A stretch of DNA of 49,476 nucleotides from Proteromonas lacertae (GCA_002245135.1 NGBS01000049.1:1-49476); one strand, 5' to 3'. Numbered from the stretch's first letter, positions 30,040-45,600 are shown. Translations and numbers: made by a program. Notes: generated from the letters alone by a model not told the origin.

Positions 30040-31140
30040 ACTTTCTTTTTCTTCAAAGGTATAACAACATCATCTTCACTAACATATTCAGCTTCTTTTC
30101 TTTCTCTCTATTTCATTATATTTATAATATAATTATACATATTTTTTGCATACATCACAAATAAAAGATATATTTCTATTATTCTTTAATATATTTTTAT
30201 CAACTCCACAACAACTGTAATGATATGCTATAATATTATATATATATTGTTATACGTAAACAACAGTTATTACAATGTATATATTTTTTCATTTCATCAC
30301 CATCTTTTCTATATTGAAAACATTTACAACATCCTATTTTCGATTCAACTAGAATCTCTTTTCTTTCTTCCTTTTTACATCCACTGGCATACTAATATAT
30401 ATTATAATATAATACATAAGCTTGTCTATATGCTTCATTAAGATTTTCATCTTTTATTATTCTCTCCATATTTTTATTATTTGTTATATTGTTAAATGGA
30501 CTTAGCTGAGATGAATCTGTAATAATACTAATAATAATAATAATACAAAATATACAAAGCATCTTCATCATCTTCATCATTAAAACATCTTATCACTATT
30601 TTATCTTCACTTTTATTATTCTCAAATTCTCTTTTTGTTTCTTCTGGAATATCTTTTATATCCATTATTAAGCAAGGCCATATTAACTTTTCATACCATA
30701 CAACTGCATATAATCTATTTTTATATGTATCTTCTTTTGTCTTGGAAGCTTCTTTATCACTATTACTTGATTCATCTTTTTCAACACCTAATAGATCATT
30801 TTCATTCTTTCTTTTTCTTTTTCTATCAACTGGTGGTGATTCTCTTATTTTATCTTCCACTATTCTCAATGAATCATCATCATTTATCTCTACAGCTCTC
30901 TCTCCATCAATATCACAATTTATCTTATCAAATATGTCCATATTAACTTCTGGACTACATTCTCTCAAATCTACATCAAACTCTATTCCACTATTCATTT
31001 ATATTTATATTTATTATACTATATTTCATTGTGTCCAAAATATCGAACACCTAATATTTTGGGATTCTTTTCTATCAATCTATCAAATTTATCTTGATTT
31101 TTTCTATCTAGACGTTCACGTGGTATAATAAGACATGGAA
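30040..31140 (-). pseudogene. PWWP-like + PHD-finger gene copy (multi-exon, partial; boundaries approximate)
   Basis: YAVVWYEKLIWPCLI PWWP-like motif; downstream exons give CKC..CNNC..YHYSC..CDVC. Inverted near-copy of ~33497-34210. Confidence 0.6.
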
Positions 31141-31461
31141 CAGCTTTAGGAATACACCAAACTATGTTATACAATCTAAACTATTAAATATTATCACTAT
31201 ACTTTATGTACGATGCTAACTCACTTAATTTATTTGGTAGTGTTGAGGATAATCTCTTGTGAAAATCCATCTATAGCTCAAAATCGATCAAAATATTAAA
31301 AAATAACGAATAAATGCAAGCTTTTGGTTTGAAATAACAATATTTTTAATTTTTTTCTTTACTTAATAATAATAATATAATCTAATACAACTTTTATTTA
31401 AATGTAAAATCTTTACTATTACCATTTGAAGAACGTACAATTGCATTTTTTATTATTTCTA

Positions 31462-31838
31462 GGTTATTTACGAGTACTTTTCGTAGTTGATGTTGCTCAA
31501 CAAGATTATTTAATAACAGTAACAGATATTAATGGTGTAACAATCAGAATAGAATTTATAGCAAAGAAATGTCCAGCAAATGGTGGTTATCCAGAAACTT
31601 TAGTAGGAGATGTATTTATGTAGATGGAAATGCAGTTTGACAATCTCCAATCGATGAATGTTCAGGAAGTATAGTTGGTTTACTAATTGGAATAATAATT
31701 GGTTGTATAATTGTCGGAGGAGTTTTATTCTTAGGAGGTTATTGTATTTATGTTCGAATAGGTGGAAGAACAAAGCATGTTAGAAAAACAGCTGAACAAA
31801 TAGTTGATACTTTGAAAAATACAGGTGTGAGAATATAA
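31462..31838 (+). pseudogene. Degenerate duplicate of the 3' end of the large Ig/PA14 membrane-protein gene
   Basis: Matches 45446-45885 with internal deletions and a TGG>TGA change. Confidence 0.8.
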
Positions 31839-31973
31839 TCATACTTTGATAGTTATTATTTCATTTTATTATTTATTTACTTCTAGTTGATTCATCTACA
31901 CACACATTTTCTCTCACTTTCATTTTCACAATCAAACACTTTATGTTTCAGGTCATTCAATACAGAAAAAAAA

Positions 31974-32141
31974 ATGAAAAATCATTTATTATGTTGTTCA
32001 GGTAGATTGGATTCATACATCAGGTATGATATGTGTCCATATAGTAATGATCATATAATTGATATAAAAACGTTAAAAGATCATATAAAAACATGTCCAA
32101 ATAATTCAGACAATATTCACAATTATAAAAGAAGTGAATGA
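31974..32141 (+). pseudogene. CHHC zinc-finger (U11-48K/GTSF1/TRM13 type) gene fragment
   Basis: CPYSNDHIIDIKTLKDHIKTC fits C-P-x4-H-x9-H-x3-C. The preceding MKNHLLCC looks like the tail of a first finger. Confidence 0.65.
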
Positions 32142-32721
32142 ATGGCAGAGGTAGAGTAATAGAATATATAATAAAATTACATATTATCATTCGTGATTTT
32201 TGTAAAATAATCCAATTATCTCATCCAGTTTTCTAATACTCATCAGTTTTTTTCAAATATCACATACTACATACTTTTTTATATTTCACAGGATTTAACA
32301 ATCTTTCATATCCTTTTCTATATGCACTAGAGTAAGGCATAATATAAAATAAAACGTAATGAGTTTAACGGTGAGCTTCTTCTATTATTTATAACTAAAT
32401 CAATTTTGACTTGAAGTAAGTAAATTTTTGTAGTACAAAAAATTCACTTTGAATAAATAATTTCATAACATAAAATTTTTCTATCGGATTTACATTATAT
32501 TTTCTTAATTTATTACTATCTTTAGAGAATGAATAGGACTGTTAAAAATTATTTATTTATTTGCTTCTAGTTGATTCATCTATACACACATTCTTTCTCA
32601 CTTTCATTTTCACAATCAACAACACTTCTACGATTTCTACATCAATAATATGTTATATATCTTTACATATACTAATTATTTCATCTAATTTTCGTTTCAT
32701 TCTTCTTACTTTTGCAATAAA

Positions 32722-34659
32722 ATGAAAATGAAATCTAACAAGATCTGAGTCAAGTATATAACTAAATTCCTATTTGAATTATTATTTGATAAAACTAATG
32801 AATAGAGATATGGAGTTGCTTACTAAATTAAAGGAAGAGATAGAAGATGCAATGATTGAGAAGGTATAACTATTTGATAGTAAAATATTAGAACGACAAC
32901 CTACTTTATGCTTCAGTTCAAGAGTTGATGAAGATTACAGTAACAGAAGATATGTTGAAGGTATTAATATACTTTTAATGGTGTTTATTAGAAGAGTGAG
33001 TTAGAAGAGTTAATAAAAGAGAGTATAATAGAGTCAGAAGAAGCATTTATAAGAGAACACTATTGTTTACAAAGCTTATATAGAGATTTAATCGATAAAT
33101 GGGTAAAAGAGATGAAAAGTAAGTCAACTTCTTCAATTTGTTTATCAAAAGTTGGAAGAGAAGAATTGAAGAATGAAACAGCAGTTGATTTAGAATACAA
33201 TTCAAGCGATTGTGACAAACAAGATAAACAATTAAAATGTAGTGATGATGAAGAAAATATGATAAATAATAGTTGTATACACAATGAATTTAAAGATAAG
33301 GAGAAAACTGAAAAAAATGTCTATAATATATGTAATGAAAATAGTAAATCTTCTCACAAAAATCTAGAATGTGATAGAGTTGATGAAATTGGTAAAGAAT
33401 GTCCAGAAGAAGGTATGAAAGAAATTCATTTACCACTACCAATTGATATAAAAAGAAACAATAAAAGTATTGTGAATATTAAAAACGGAAAAATTTGTGA
33501 TAAAGAAGTTTCCAAGACAAAAGAAGATACATATAAAAATAGATTATATACAGTTGTATGGTATGAAAAGTTAATATGGCCTTGCTTAATAATGGATATA
33601 AAAGATATTCCAGAAGAAACAAAAAGAGAATTTGAGAATAATAAAAGTGAAGATAAAATAGTGATAAGACGTTTTAATGATGAAGATGATGAACATGCTT
33701 TGTATAATATATATATGTATTATTATTATTAGTATTATTACAGATTCATCTCAGCTAAGTCCATTTAACAATATAACAAATTATAAAAATATGGAGAGAA
33801 TAAAAATGGATGAAAATCTTGGATTTGCATATGCTACAGCTTATGTATTATATATAATTATATTATTAAAATTATAGTATGCAAGTAGATTTGAAAAAGA
33901 AGAGAGGAAAAAATATTTATTTGAAACAGAAATAGGATGTTGTAAATGTTTAAAATATGATCCAGATGATGATGATGATGAAACGGTAAATAGAATTTAT
34001 TGTGATATCTGTTGTTTACGTATAACAATATATATATAATATTATAGCATATCATTACAGTTGTTGTGGAGTTGATAAAAATATATTAAAGAATACTAAA
34101 ATAAAAGATATTTCATATATTTGTGAGATATGCAAAAAATATTATGTATAAATATAATTATATTATAAATAGAGAGAAAGAAAAGAAGCTGAAGTAGTTA
34201 ATGAAGATACAACACATACATCACAAAGAGGAAAGAAAAGAAAAATTAGTGAGCCAATATCAGAAGAAGAAGAAAACAAGAAGGCAAAACTGAGTGATAA
34301 TTATAAGAAATTTAAAACAGTATATACATAATCTATTATATTTATTAAGCAGAATTTAAATAAAATAAAAACAAAAGGATCAACAGATGTTAGTGAATTA
34401 GAGAAATTTCTAGAAGAATATTGGTGTTGTTTTAGTAAAAAAAAATACATAAATTTGACATATAATAAACTAAAAGAAGTATAATTATTCTATATATATT
34501 TAGATATTGAATAGTGAGTTGAATGATGATTTAAAAAAGAAATTAAAAATATATTTAACTGATTATTCACATAAACAGTATAATAATTCCATTTATTGAT
34601 ATAATAGTGATACTCCTTCTATATTGAAAATGGTTGATAAATTGACAAGAAACTATTGA
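32722..34659 (+). CDS. PWWP-like + PHD-finger chromatin-reader gene (multi-exon, possibly disrupted)
   Basis: Exon 33112-33710 with WYEKLIWPC; later exons CKC..CDIC..YHYSC..CEIC; short GT-AG introns. Exon structure is approximate. Confidence 0.6.
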
Positions 34660-34849
34660 GTAAATAAACGGTAAAAACTTAATCATTTTCATAATTATGA
34701 TGTATTTTTGAAACAAAATTATGAGAACTCATTCTCACACTAATAATAACCAACATGAAGCTATACATGTGACTTTTCAATATTTTTTCAACAAAATTAA
34801 GCTGATAAAAGAATATGCTGGGCTACACAAGAATAACTTATACTTACAT

Positions 34850-35529
34850 ACACATTCTTTCTCACTTTCATTTTCACAATCAACAACACTTCTACGATTT
34901 CTACATCAATAATATGTTATATATCTTTACATATACTAATTATTTCATCTAATTTTCGTTTCATTCTTCTTACTTTTGCAATAAAATGAAAATGAAATCT
35001 AACAAGATCTGAGTCAAGTATATAATAAATTCCTATTTGAATTATTATTTGATAAAACTAATGAATAGAGATATGGAGTTGCTTACTAAATTAAAGGAAG
35101 AGATAGAAGATGCAATGATTGAGAAGGTATAACTATCTGATAGTAAAATATTAGAACGACAACCTACTTTATGCTTCAGTTCAAGAGTTGATGAAGATTA
35201 CAGTAACAGAAGATATGTTGAAGGTATTAATATATTTTTAATGGTGTTTATTAGAAGAGTGAGTTAGAAGAGTTAATAAAAGAGAGTATAATAGAGTCAG
35301 AAGAAGCATTTATAAGAGAACACTATTGTTTACAAAGCTTATATAGAGATTTAATCGATAAATGGGTAAAAGAGATGAAAAGTAAGTCAACTTCTTCAAT
35401 TTGTTTATCAAAAGTTGGAAGAGAAGAATTGAAGAATGAAACAGCAGTTGATTTAGAATACAATTCAAGCGATTGTGACAAACAAGATAAACAATTAAAA
35501 TGTAGTGATGATGAAGAAAATATGATAAA
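34850..35529 (+). repeat. ~680-bp near-identical direct duplicate of 32586-33266 (truncated 5' part of the PWWP/PHD gene)
   Basis: Sequences match from ACACATTCTTTCTC to GAAAATATGATAAA with only a few differences. Confidence 0.92.
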
Positions 35530-35789
35530 GTAAATCAGGAAGCAGGAATAATATTATATATAGTAGGATAGTTTGTATTAAACAAATGTTACTCAGTAAG
35601 TAATTAAAAACGATTTTAACAAAATAATACTCGCCGACAGATATAGGTTTTACCTAAAAACCTATAGGTTACTTATTTATACAATTCTGAATTAAATACT
35701 TTTCAATATGATTCTAAGATTTTCAATAGAAGAAATAAATAGTTAAATATTATATTAAATGTTAGAAACTAAACTATTAGAATTATATT

Positions 35790-37150
35790 CATTTACAATA
35801 TCTTCATTTCCAAGTTTTATTAACAATCTTTCTAATTCTTTTCTATTTTCTTTTTCATTTTCTATAGAAACATATTCGTAAACAGAACCAATTATCTAAT
35901 AGTTATCATAAATAATAATAATACATTTATAATAAGATGCATAAATGTAAAAGCTATAGTAACTGCTACTGATATATTGGAAACAGCATCATTTATTGAA
36001 ACTAAATAGTCTTCTATACAATTACATCCATTTTCTTTTAGGAAATTACACTATATTATAAATATAACATATTATACTTTATTAGATTCATCATGGTTTA
36101 TACAACATTTTTCATATGTCTCAGAATAATTGGATATATTACAAAGAAGACTGTATACAAAAATGTATAAGTTTATTACAAAGATAATAGAAGGAATTAT
36201 ATATATGAATGCATCATAACCTTTTTTCTTTTTTTCTTTAAATTTGCACAATAATCTTTTAAAACTGATTGAATAAATCAATAGAATGATTGAAAAGACT
36301 AGTTTAATGATATAAAAATCCCTTGAAAATAAATTAAAACCAATTTTGCTAGTATGAACTAATTCATATATACACTCTCCTACATATAAGGCTGATAAAA
36401 TCTAAAATGTCATATATATATATATATATATACACTCAATATTCCACAAAAACAGTTAAGCTTTAGATAATAATCTGATAATTCTTTACAAATGAGAGTG
36501 CCAACAAATATATTTGGATTTTTCCTTAACCTTTCTTTAATATAGTCTTTTCCATTTTTTTCAATTAATTCTTTTAAACTACCTAATTTATCATTTTCAA
36601 ATACATCATATGTTATCTTACCTTCATTTTCTAACATTTTTCTGGTAAAATGAATATAAACCATCTATTAATATATATAGTTACAATTATATACAGTCAT
36701 AAATGAGCAAAAACAATAAAATACTATCACTATGGCATAGCAATTAAAAGTAACCTCGTTATACTGATATTTAGTTATATTCAATGACTCACATCCATAT
36801 TTCTCCATAAAATTACATTTATTAGAATATGTGTTATTATTACAACAAATACTTATAGTATTATTTACATTCTCATCTGTTATTGATTTTATCGATATAA
36901 TATTATACGCACCTACAGCAGCTGCTACAAATGCTGGTACTATCAAAGAAGCAGAGTAGTATTTTATAGAAAATTGACAAGAAGAAAAATATTCTCCATT
37001 ATAAACAATGATTATGATATATATAAGCATATTATTCCATATGCTAACAACAGCAAACAAAATAGCTAAATGTTAAAAGTTCATAAATCATACTGTATTA
37101 ATAAAAATTAAAATATATTATCCAATATTTCTTGGATAATGAATGCAACT
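35790..37150 (-). CDS. Multi-exon multi-pass membrane protein of unknown function (boundaries approximate)
   Basis: Minus-strand ORF pieces (36668-37060, 36410-36664, 36072-36281) with hydrophobic helices and Cys-rich loops, separated by short AT-rich introns. Confidence 0.45.
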
Positions 37151-37977
37151 AATAATTATTTCATCCATATCAATAAATAAAAATGAAAAACAAAAATATG
37201 TTCTTAAATAAATAGGGGAAGTGTTTTATAGCCTCGAATAGATTCGTTTCAAACTCTATCTCAATATAATACTTGGTTTATTATATATGACAATTTATCG
37301 TTCTATTTTCACGAAATAATAAGTATGAGGATATTACATAGGAACTGTAAGCTTATGTCAATTTTTTGTAATTTTAGCTTTATATTCTTACAATTGATGT
37401 AACAATGAAGGTTTAAATAAATAATTTAACAACAGCTTTCTTCAATATATATAAAGTGATTGCGTCGTATTTATACCTTATATAATTTCAGAGAAGTATA
37501 TATATAATTTAAATAGAGATGAGTTTAATAAATGGTAAGAATTATACAAATAAAATAAGTGAAATATTGAGCAGTAGTAATTGTATTTTATATATAAATG
37601 AATTGAATATCTCTACCTTACACCTCATTCTATTGTATTTTTTGTAAAAACAAAAAAATAGATATATCAAATGCGACATTGAAATGGTCAAGCATTATAG
37701 TATTATCTAAAATATTAAGTTGCGATATTGATAATACAATTTATATCTATTCAATTAATCAAATTATGAATAGCGTTGGTCAAATCTATTTGTTAGAATT
37801 GTGATTATTTTAACACAATATTACTATAATTGCAATAAAAAATGAAGATGAATCTAAAAGAGTTTGATTAATCATAAAAATGTCAATAAAATCAGAAATA
37901 TTAACTCCATATAAATAAATTGAGCATTTACAAACCAACAAATAAAAAATTTGGGTAGAAAAGAAATAATTTCTTAA

Positions 37978-39522
37978 TTATGGTGAAACAACGTAAAATC
38001 CAAAGCTTGATAGATTTTCATAGGAATCATAATCACCATAAATTGCCTTCACATCATAGCGAACATTTTCTGATATAGGAAGAGACGAATTAGTTAAACT
38101 CTGAAATATTCTTTTTCTGCTGGAATAAAATGATATAAATGAGAAACACTTGGTTTTTTCATAATTTATTTGGGTTATTAATTCTCCTTTATGTATATTG
38201 TATTCTACAAACTTTGAATGTTTGTTATTTGTAATTTCAGGTATTTCTATGTTTCCATATAATAAAGTAATTCCAGTAATACAATCATTATTATTATAGA
38301 TCCTAATTCTTGAAACAGAGTGCTGTAAAGTAATAGCTTGATTATAACCATCGAAACTATGGTAAGCATTAGAACTTGATCTTATTTCTTTTTCTTTTTT
38401 ATATTCTCTATGATCTAAATATGGATGTTTGAGAAACTTTTCTGATATTGCTGTAAATTCACTATTACTAGGTGTTTTCCACTCAATTCTAATATCTGCA
38501 TCATTAGAATATTTAGAATGGAACAAAATGGAAAATGGATAATATCCTTGCTGTCCCTCTTTTATTACTATTGAATACTTTTCATTCTGGAGAACTACTG
38601 GTTTTTCATTATTAAAATATAAAGAATATATTCCCTTACCTAAAAAAAGAACTCATAAGTTCCATCAACTTCAAAATATAAGGATGCTGTCATTTTACTA
38701 TACAATGGTCCATAATTACCTCCAATTTCCACACAACTATTATTACAAGAATATCTTGTTTCGTTAAATACATTCACATATTGAATAATCTGTTGATTAT
38801 CTTCAAATAGATTATAAATTTCTTCAAATTTTGACCAATCCATTTCATGATGCGATATTCTAGCTAGTAGTCCTACACTGCCATCATTACTCCATGGATC
38901 TATTATGTCGTATTTTAATTCGATACTTACTTCGGATGATTCAGTAATACATTTAATTATGGCAGTTTTATTTGTCTCAGTTGTAGCGGTTGATGCTATT
39001 CCTCTTATAGCGCCTGATACTCTGTCAATTTCTATACCATTTGGCAAACCATCAGCCAAAAATACTGCTACATAATGATTACAAGTTGGAGAAACCACGT
39101 GGTTCGGATAATTCTTCATAAACAATACCTGATTAATATTGTAATTACATGATAGATTATCTATGACTTCAATTCTAATCACAACTTTAATCACATCTGA
39201 AGAGCCTCTTCTTCCTACTGATACAGTATAACTTGATTCAGCAGACGTATAGGTTGGTGTTCCAGATATTAAACCAGTTGTCTCTACACCAATGACAGTG
39301 TTTATCTCCATTCCTGTTGGTAAACTAGGTGTAACTGAGATAGATCCAACTTCAAAATTGCATAATAATCTTAATGATCCTTTTACTTCTTTTATCATTT
39401 TTAATTTACCTCTGTTCTCGTAACTACATTTGTAATCTTCACACTTTACTATAAAATAAATAATAAATATAATATATACCACTAATTATAAAAAAACAAA
39501 GCAATATAAGAGTTAAGATCAT
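37978..39522 (-). CDS. Secreted protein with He_PIG-type Ig repeats, PA14-like and jacalin-like domains
   Basis: Signal peptide MILTLILLCFFII; short intron at about 39448-39479; LPTGMEI..TGLISGTPT and GLPNGIEIDRVSGAIRG repeats; frameshift in the homopolymer 38642-38648; C-terminal KGELITQI..KAIYG..SFGFY. Confidence 0.75.
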
Positions 39523-39637
39523 GAGATGCTAAATGTTAAGATAGTCCAATTAAATCAATTATTTAAGATTTTACGTAAAAGCTATTGGATTTTCAATGTG
39601 GTGCGAAAAACGAATGAAAATTCTATTTTTAATAAAA

Positions 39638-42600
39638 ATGAAATTTGAAGTGCTGTATGTTCTTTGTATATCTAATTTTATTTTATTTTGAGTAGTACTA
39701 TATGTAATACCTTCATTGTGTATTGATGGTTTCAACTATGAGTATAATCATTGTCATTTGAAAGTTGGAGAAGAAGCTATAATCAATAAACCAATTGGAT
39801 TAAAAGAAGGTTCGTATACTGTATATAAAGAATTACCAGAAGGTTTGTGGCTTGACCCATACAGTGGATATATTTCTGGAGCTCCAACTGCTGAATCAAG
39901 GGGATATTACACCATAACATATAATGCAGGAAAAGAAGATGCTGCTGTCTGCAAATTAAAAATTGTTTGTATGTTAATAAACTCTAATTTCTCTAGGTAT
40001 GTCTACTCCTGTTATAAATTGTGGTATTTCAAAACTTACAGCTGTGTTTCTCATTAATACAGTTATAGTTTGTACAACCACTGATGATGCTTTAGAAAAT
40101 GAATGGTCAATTTCACCAAAAGAAGTAAAAGGTATTAGTCAAGATGGTCCATATTTGATATTTCATAATTTCAATCCATATACTAACATGAATATTACTA
40201 TTGAAGCTAGAAATGCAGCTGGAATTGGTATTTTTAATATTGAAATTGGTAAAGTTGAAAATCCTGAATTAAATGAAGGTATTTATGTTAGATTCAATGA
40301 TTTGGAAACAACACGATGTGGTGATTATTATGATGGTATATCTGTTTATGACTTCTATGAAGGTGTAATGAATGATTTATATGGTTTAACAAATTTTGAA
40401 CAATGGAAAAGTAAGATGGGAATATCTGTTTCTAGAAAGGTAACAACGTTTAATGGAACAATGGATGGATTTATTGATATTGAAGCAGCTGGTGAATATA
40501 CATTCTATATGCAAACTGGTAATGAAATGAATGGTCGAGTGTTTATTGATGATGTAGAAATATTATCAGATTGGAGTGAATGTAAAGAATTTAATGAATC
40601 ATTACAATTATCCAAAGTGAAACTAGGGAGTGGTTTGCGAAGGGTATCAATCGAATTCATGGGAGGTGAAGGATTAGATTTCCACTTTGTATTTGATTAT
40701 TCACTTCCAGGTAGTTCAGAAAGAAAAATAATTCCATTTAAATATTCCAAATCTTCTTTTGATCCAGTAATGTTTTTATCTACCGATTCTTTAGAAGTAA
40801 GTTGGTTATGTGATTCTTATAGTTTAACTGCTCTTCATGTTGAAAGAGGTAAAGCTGAAAGTTGTTGGATAAGTAATAATGCAGAATTACCCGAAGGATC
40901 AGAAGTAACAGTTGATGGTATAAAAGGTCATCCACAATCTGTTATGGATCAAACAGAATATAAAGTGAAATGTAAAAATGGAGATAGTGAAACAAATGAA
41001 ATAACAATAAAACTTCGTGTGACAAAGAAAACAATAGAAGGAGTTCTATCTTATTATTATAAACCTCATAATTTTGATACAAGTTTATTTACCAAATATG
41101 GACCAAGTGTAGATGGTTTAGAAGCATCTTACATTCAAAAGCAAAATCAGCCATTTATAGAAGAAACTCAAGAGAAACTTCATCCTGAAGGATTGAGTAT
41201 CGAATTTCTTGATGATTATGGTGTTTATTGGGAAGGTTATCTTCATCCACAAAAAGAAGATATTGGTATTAATACTTTCAAAATAAATGCCGAAGGTGGT
41301 TATTGGATTTATATTGATAATAAAGAAATATTATCTAAACCTGGAAGAAATAAGGTAGATAATCCAAGTTATTTTGATTATAATTTAACTGATGATTCAT
41401 TCTTTGTTCAAATCTATTATGTTTCCCATTATGGTTATTCATCATTCACAGTTTCGAAGAAGTTGATTAGTGAAACTGAAGATGATTATAGTGATTTCCT
41501 TCCATTTAGATACGTTCCAGTAAATGACTATTTCTTAATGAGTCAAAGTACAGCAACTTATTTAAGAGGTCAAGAAGTAGAAAATAATGGAGTTCCAGTC
41601 GAAAATTTTGATTGTAAAGATGTAAAAGTTAATCCTCCATTACCCGATGGTTTAGAAGCTCATTGTTCAAATAATCCATTCAATCCCGTAATAATAGCAG
41701 GAACTCCAACATCAGAAAGATTTATTGAAATGAAAGAACATACAGTAACAGTAATAAGTTCAAAAGATAAATCTGTTTCAACAAGCATTTATATTTCTGT
41801 AAAGCGTATATATAATTATTAGTTATAAATTGATTATATAGCTGTTGAATCACCAGATGGTTTTTATATATTAGATCTTCAAACTGGAAATAAATATACA
41901 GATGAGATTACTTTAGTTATTGGTGAATTTTATGATCTTCAGTTCCATGTAGAAAGTGGATATGTAATAGGATTTGAAACAGTGGATCTTCCATTAGGGT
42001 TTCAATACTTTAAAGATAGTTCAACCCTTTCTGGAAGTGCGAAAGAAATATTAGATGCAAAACTAACAGTAAATGCAATTTTTGGACTTTCAGATGGTGA
42101 TAGTAAAGAATTTACATTTAAAATAAAAGCTGATGGTGGGTGTGAAAATGGAAAACTACATGTATTTCATTTTAGTAATGATTTTGTTGATAATGGACAG
42201 TATATAAAACTTACTGTAACTGCATCAAATAATAATGTGGTATTTGATGTGTATGAAAAAGAAACAGTTAATTTACCTCGTAGTTACAGTATATGTCTCC
42301 CAGAAGATACTTATAAAATAGTGGTAAGTGGAAAGTTTGATTATTATTTAACAATTTATAATAATGGTTTAAGAATTTATAGACTACATGCTAATTATCC
42401 TAATACTGAATCTCAAACTATAAACCTAAACACAGGTATAAATTATTATTTAAAATGTTATAATTATTATGTGTAATAGAACCTGTTTTACCTAAATTCA
42501 AATATACAACAAATAATACAACATATTATCAAAATGATGAACTACTTTTAATTCCAAAGATTGAAGCATATATTGAATATTTCACCATTACACCTTCTAC

Positions 42601-45600
42601 ATTACCAAAAAGTATTGTATTTAACAATATAACAGGAAGAATATATGGAAGAGCTGATGAAGTAACAAATTCAACAAATTATAAGATTACAGCTTATAAT
42701 GATGTAGGTGAAGTTAGTGTAGAAATGATAATACAAGTTCTTTCAGACACACAAGAAGATGATTGTGAAAATGCTGAAAAATTCTTAGTTGGATCTACAT
42801 TATATGTTGGAGATCATTACGATATACCTGCTTATCAGTTAATAAATTCAAAAGATGAAGTTGTGTTTGAAAGATCAAAGAATTCATTTTTTGGAAGTAG
42901 CATTGACAGAGTAAAGATGTGTATAACAAAAGGATTATATACTTTGAGATTAATTGATTTCAGTGGACGTGGATGGGGAAATTCAAATATAACCATATCA
43001 GTTGGAAAATCAGTTATAGGGACATACACAGTATTTGATACTGATAATGGTGAAGTAAATAAAACATTTAACTGTATGTAAAATTATATTATTATTTATT
43101 AAATAGTTAATTATATTATTGATACACATACTGAATGGCAATATAGTCAACATTATTTTCCAAATTGGGAATTTAAGAATGGTTCAGTTTCATGGCAATC
43201 ATCAACAATCAAAGCACTTCCACAAACATCACTCTCTAAGCCAACATATTATTTAAGATATGCATTAACATTCTCTAAATATGATCAGTATGCAGGATAT
43301 TTCATTAGAATTAAACATAAATCAGGTGTAATTGTGAGAGTAAATGGAAGAGTAATATTTCGAGATAATTTACCAGTTGGTGATGTCAATGAAAATACAC
43401 CTGGAGATACTGTGTATGAAAGAGCAAAAGAAGAGAATTTCATATTGCCAATCGATGATTTAAATGAAACAGCAATTATAACTTATGAAATACATAAAAG
43501 TCCAAATGATGATAATTTCCCCAACGAAGATAAATTTTTTATATTCCCATTAGTTGGAGATAATGATGAAGATTGTATTATATTATCACTTCATGGAGGA
43601 AGAGTGATAGATTCATCAAGTAAAAATTATGGTATTAAATATACAGATTATACATCTGAAAATGCATTTGATTTATCAACTGGACCAGGATGGAGAGATT
43701 GGTATGGCACTGTTGATGGTTACTCATATGCAGATTATTCATTTGGTGAAAATAATCATTATGCTTTTAATCAGTTCACCATCTTTGCCTTTACTGATTA
43801 TCCCTATAATTGTCCAATAAAAGTATTACTAAGTGGTGTGACAGATACAAGAAAAGTTGATATAGTTTCATTAGATCCAGTTGAGTATTTCGCATTGAAG
43901 AAAGTTCAATTATCACCTGGAAGAGCAACCTTCAATGTAGATCCTTATACATTATATAATAGTTTAAGAGTAGATATACCAAAATCTAACCAATATGAAT
44001 GGGATAAAAAGCAAATGGGAGTAGAAAAAATTGGATATCATTTATGTCGTACTAAGAAATGTCCTATTAATTCTATAGCAAATCTTCCAGAAGGAATATC
44101 CAATACATTCTTTAAAGCAAATTGTACAACTCCAGGTTTATCTGGTGAAAGCTTTTTCTACTGTTCAAACTTTGGTATTTGGATTGAAGTAAATACAACA
44201 TGTGAAAAACCTCCCAAATTTATCAATTCAGAAAAGACTTTTACTTTTGAAGCTGGAGTATATTATGATATTGAATCAATATATGAAGTAACAGGAAATC
44301 CAACATATTATAATTTTAACTGTCCTAGTTGTCCACCAAATAAATTTATTCCTGAATTATATTATGATAAAGGCAGTGGTTTAATAACTGGGGTTCCAAT
44401 AAAAAGTGGGACATTTATAGTAACATTTACAGCTTCGAATAACTACGGATCAGATGAAATAACAATGACATTAATTGTTAAACCAGCCAATAATCTTATT
44501 ATATGGGGATATTTAAGAAATTTTCTAGCTGATGTTTATGAAGAATTAAAACCTCATCAATTATTCAGGATAGAAAGTCCTTTTCCAGTGGCATATAGTG
44601 TAGAGAAACTTCCACAAGGTTTATACTTAAATTCATCAGCTGGTTATCTTTATGGTAAAGCAGTTGCGCCAAGTGATAAAGAATATTTATTTACTATTAA
44701 GAATACAGCAGGTCAATATGCTACAAGAACAATTAGAATTATAATCACATTACCTTTTACACCAGTAATGGTTGAATCTGTAGATAAATTGGAATTGGTT
44801 TATATGATGGATTATCAGAATCAATATCCAATAGTGTGTTATGCTGAGAAATTATCTTACAGAATTGATAAAGATTTACCTTCAAATTTAACTTATAATA
44901 CAATGACAGGTGCAATAAGTGGAAAAGTGACAGCTCCAATTCAATCAGCTGTTAATTATACACTCTCATGTTATGCTAGTGGTGAAACAATTTCCAAAGT
45001 AATTCCAGTTTCAATAATTGAATCAGATAATCCAGTAATAATAAGTCAAAATGAATCAGTTGTATTATGTACAGGAGTAGAATTATTCAATGCTCAATTC
45101 TTTGTAGTGAGTGGTTCAAATTTAGTTTTCTCAATCACTCCAACATTACCTATTGGAATAACAATGGATTCAAAGAATGGAAGATTTTCTGGTTATGCCA
45201 AAATAGTTAGTCAAAATACAACTTATACAATCAATATATCCAATGGAAAAGTGTCAATTCAATTGAAAATGTCAATCAAAGTAATAAAAAGTGAAACACC
45301 AGTGATTCCTGATTCAACAGTAAAAGTAGATGTAACAGTTGCAACAGGAGCGTTAGTGTCAATTCAATTATTTGATGTAATTGGAGATGGTTTATCAGTT
45401 TCAGTAAATCCATCATTACCAGATGGTTTTATGATTTATCCATCTGGTTATTTACAAGGAGTATCAGTTGTTGATGTTGCACCACAAGATTATTTAATTA
45501 CAGTAACAGATATGAAAGGCAAATCAGCAAGTGTCACAATCAGAATAGAATTTAAAGCAAAAAATGTTCAGCAAATGGTGGTTTTCCAGAAACTTTAGTA

